Below are positions 61,475-64,000 of a DNA stretch of 64,000 bases, piece after piece. Numbering within the stretch: position 1 is the first letter of the stretch; the number at the start of each line of letters is the position of its first letter. Under the pieces are notes generated by a model. It made no database searches, was not told the origin of the DNA, and worked only from the letters and a program-made list of their open reading frames with translations. The stretch comes from Escherichia phage JS10: the sequence record EU863409; one strand, given 5' to 3'. The position numbers and the translations under genes are program-made.

Positions 61475-64000
61475 ATGGCTACTTTAAAGCAAATCCAATT
61501 TAAAAGAAGTAAAGTGGCCGGTGTACGTCCGACACCGGCCCAGTTGGCTGAAGGCGAACTGGCTATTAACTTAAAGGACCGTTTACTTTTTACTAAAGAC
61601 GATACTGGAGCGATTATCGACCTTGGCTTTGCTAAAGGTGGTAATATCGACGGAAACGTTATTCATAACGGTAACTACAACCAGACCGGCGATTACACTC
61701 TTACGGGTGTATTTACTCAAATAGGTGATTTTAATCTCAACGGTATTGCTCGCGTAACTCGTGATATTATTGCTGCAGGTCAGATAATGACACACGGTGG
61801 CGAACTTATTTCTAAGAGCGCCTCAACTTCTCACCTTCGTTTCTTTGACGGTAATGATCGCGAACGTGGCATTATTTTTTCTCCTAATAATGCAGGAGCA
61901 ACCAACCAAATAGTTAATATTCGCGTACAGGATTATTCTACTGCAAGCGAAAGCACTTATGCATTTTCAGGTAATGGTTTATTTTCTTCTCCTGAAGTTT
62001 TTGGATGGAAATCCGTATCAACTCCAGTAATTTATACTAATAAAGTTATTACCAATGGTAAAGTTGCTGGCGATTACGATATATCTTCATTATCAAATAA
62101 CACTCCATTGGCAGAAAGCGAAACGGCTATTAACCACCTCCGTGTTATGCGAAATGCTGTAGGAGCAGGTATTTTCCACGAAGTTAATGTTAATGACGGA
62201 ATAGCCTGGTATTCCGGAGATGGCTTAGACACTTATCTTTGGTCGTTTACCTGGTCCGGTGGATTGAAAGCCGGTCATTCTATTTCTGTAGGTCTTCCAG
62301 GTGGCCCTAAAGGATATTCTGAATTAGGGACGGCTTCAATTGCTCTTGGTGACAATAACACTGGTTTGAAATGGAAACAAGACGGCCAGTTCCATACAGT
62401 TAATAATGGAGCTTATACTTTACTTACAACTCCGACTGAAGTTACAAGCCTTAAACAGTTAGTTGCGGGTTATTCAACCAACGGTTCTGATTTAATTCTT
62501 CCTACAACTCAAAACTATCCATTAGTTATTGTTAATACTACTAATGATAAAAACGGCTTCGGCGACGGTCAAACTCTTTTAGGTTATCACCAAAGCGGTA
62601 AATATCACCATTATTTTCGTGGTAAAGGCGTAACAAACGTTAATACCGATGGTGGGTTGTTGGTTACTCCTGGTAACGTTGAAGTCCGTGGTGGTTCTGT
62701 TAATATTGACGGTCGTGGTAACGCTTCCACTGTGCTTTTTAAAGGAAGTACCTCAGGATATAGTTCAGTTGATAATATAGAGCTCAAAGGTTGGGGTGAC
62801 ACTTTTAATACGGTAGGTGGTTCTCGTAAAAACGTATTGGAAACATCTGATGCTACCGGCTGGATGCACTATATTCAACGAAATACGGCAGGTAAAGTCG
62901 AATCTTATTTAAACGGCACGATGAACATCGCCGAAGGATTGTCTGTCAGTCAAGATACATCCTTAAAACGCAATCTGTATGTTTCCAATGAAATTAAAGT
63001 CCGCGCTGCTAGTGGTCTTCGTATTTGGAATGATAAGTATGGTGTTATTTTTCGAAATTCAGAAGACCAGCTGCATATTATCCCAACCAATGTTAATGCT
63101 GGTGAAAGTGGCGGATTAGGTCCATTACGCCCATTAAGTATTATGCTAGACACCGGTCGGGTTAAAATCCCTAACTTAGAAGCAGACCAGGTTTCTTTTA
63201 AGGGCACCGGTGTATTGGAATTCCCTAATAGTAGCGGCGCATCTTATGCCAACCAGAACACGACTAAAGCTCCGTTGTATCAAGCACTTGATGCTGCAAC
63301 TCAAGCATTTTACCCTATTACTAAGCAGAAAAATGTTGATTCGAACGTAACTGTTACTCAAGGTATGGACCGAGCTACAAGTGAATATCGAATTGTTGCT
63401 CAAGGTGATTTGCTTGGTGATGGTGATGCTACAGGATTAAAATATTGGCGCTTTACCAAAGAAGGTAACTTCATGGCTCAGAACCGCTTATATGCAGGTA
63501 CAGCTTTCATGAATACTGATGGTAATATTGCAGGTTCTATTTGGAACAAGTATAGCGGTGCTACTAACCTTGACGCAGCGGTGAGTACTCGTGTGGCTAA
63601 AGAAGGCGACACAATGACAGGCCGCTTAACTCTTAAAACCAATTCAGACGCTATTGTTATTGATTATCCGGCAGATGAAGCTGGTTATGTTAAGGGTAAA
63701 AAAGGTGGTGTTGATAACTGGTATGTAGGTAATGGTGGTGCTGATAACGGTTTAGCCTTCTGGAGCTTCCAATCCCAAGGTGGTATTAATATCACCCATA
63801 ATGGTGAGGTTGTTTTATCTCCACAAGGTGCTTCAGTATTCAATATAAACCGAGACCGTATTTATATGAACGGTTCCAACTGGATTGCACATAAATCTGG
63901 TGCATGGGGTGACCAATGGGGCTTAGAAGCACCTTATTTCCTTGAGTTTGGTAGTGTGGGTGAAGACAGTTATTATCCCATTATTAAAGGCCGATCTGTA
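61475..64000 (+). CDS. 37: long tail fibre distal subunit gp37, N-terminal about 840 aa (continues beyond window)
   Basis: open frame from ATG 61475 to the window end; N-terminus MATLKQIQFKRSKVAGVRPTPAQLAEGELAINLKDR matches T4 gp37 as recalled. Confidence 0.85.
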   Translation, partial: MATLKQIQFKRSKVAGVRPTPAQLAEGELAINLKDRLLFTKDDTGAIIDLGFAKGGNIDGNVIHNGNYNQTGDYTLTGVFTQIGDFNLNGIARVTRDIIAAGQIMTHGGELISKSASTSHLRFFDGNDRERGIIFSPNNAGATNQIVNIRVQDYSTASESTYAFSGNGLFSSPEVFGWKSVSTPVIYTNKVITNGKVAGDYDISSLSNNTPLAESETAINHLRVMRNAVGAGIFHEVNVNDGIAWYSGDGLDTYLWSFTWSGGLKAGHSISVGLPGGPKGYSELGTASIALGDNNTGLKWKQDGQFHTVNNGAYTLLTTPTEVTSLKQLVAGYSTNGSDLILPTTQNYPLVIVNTTNDKNGFGDGQTLLGYHQSGKYHHYFRGKGVTNVNTDGGLLVTPGNVEVRGGSVNIDGRGNASTVLFKGSTSGYSSVDNIELKGWGDTFNTVGGSRKNVLETSDATGWMHYIQRNTAGKVESYLNGTMNIAEGLSVSQDTSLKRNLYVSNEIKVRAASGLRIWNDKYGVIFRNSEDQLHIIPTNVNAGESGGLGPLRPLSIMLDTGRVKIPNLEADQVSFKGTGVLEFPNSSGASYANQNTTKAPLYQALDAATQAFYPITKQKNVDSNVTVTQGMDRATSEYRIVAQGDLLGDGDATGLKYWRFTKEGNFMAQNRLYAGTAFMNTDGNIAGSIWNKYSGATNLDAAVSTRVAKEGDTMTGRLTLKTNSDAIVIDYPADEAGYVKGKKGGVDNWYVGNGGADNGLAFWSFQSQGGINITHNGEVVLSPQGASVFNINRDRIYMNGSNWIAHKSGAWGDQWGLEAPYFLEFGSVGEDSYYPIIKGRSV

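Overview
This window is a near-contiguous block of a T4-like (Tevenvirinae-type) myovirus genome, syntenic with T4 from the 3' end of gene 17 (terminase) to the 5' part of gene 37 (distal long tail fibre). All calls rest on reading the supplied ORF translations and the DNA by eye against remembered T4 proteins, motifs and gene order; no database search or alignment was run. The plus strand carries the late structural operons: 18, 19, 20, 67, 68, 21, 22, 23, 24, then 51, 27, 28, 29, 48, 54, then 34, 35, 36, 37, with uvsW also on the plus strand. Most of these sit behind exact TATAAATA late-promoter boxes. The minus strand carries early and middle genes: rnlB, uvsY, alt, DNA ligase 30, rIII, 31, cd, pseT, a spanin pair, rnlA, denA, nrdB, nrdA, td, frd, 32, 59, 33, dsbA and rnh, interspersed with many small ORFs. 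Departures from the T4 layout are the most interesting part: (1) a collagen-like (Gly-X-Y) protein co-transcribed with a short Hoc-like paralogue, convergent with a 4-Ig-domain Hoc; (2) tandem paralogues of the vertex protein gp24; (3) tandem paralogues of the Alt ADP-ribosyltransferase, both with intact R / S-x-S / E-x-E motifs; (4) at least eight copies of a conserved early-promoter cassette (GTTTACA-N16-18-TACTAT...ATGAGGAG-ATG), several with a stem-loop, placed in front of small minus-strand ORFs; (5) td and nrdB uninterrupted, with no homing endonuclease recognised; (6) a roughly 350-bp non-coding gap next to rIII. No rRNA, tRNA or CRISPR array was found.
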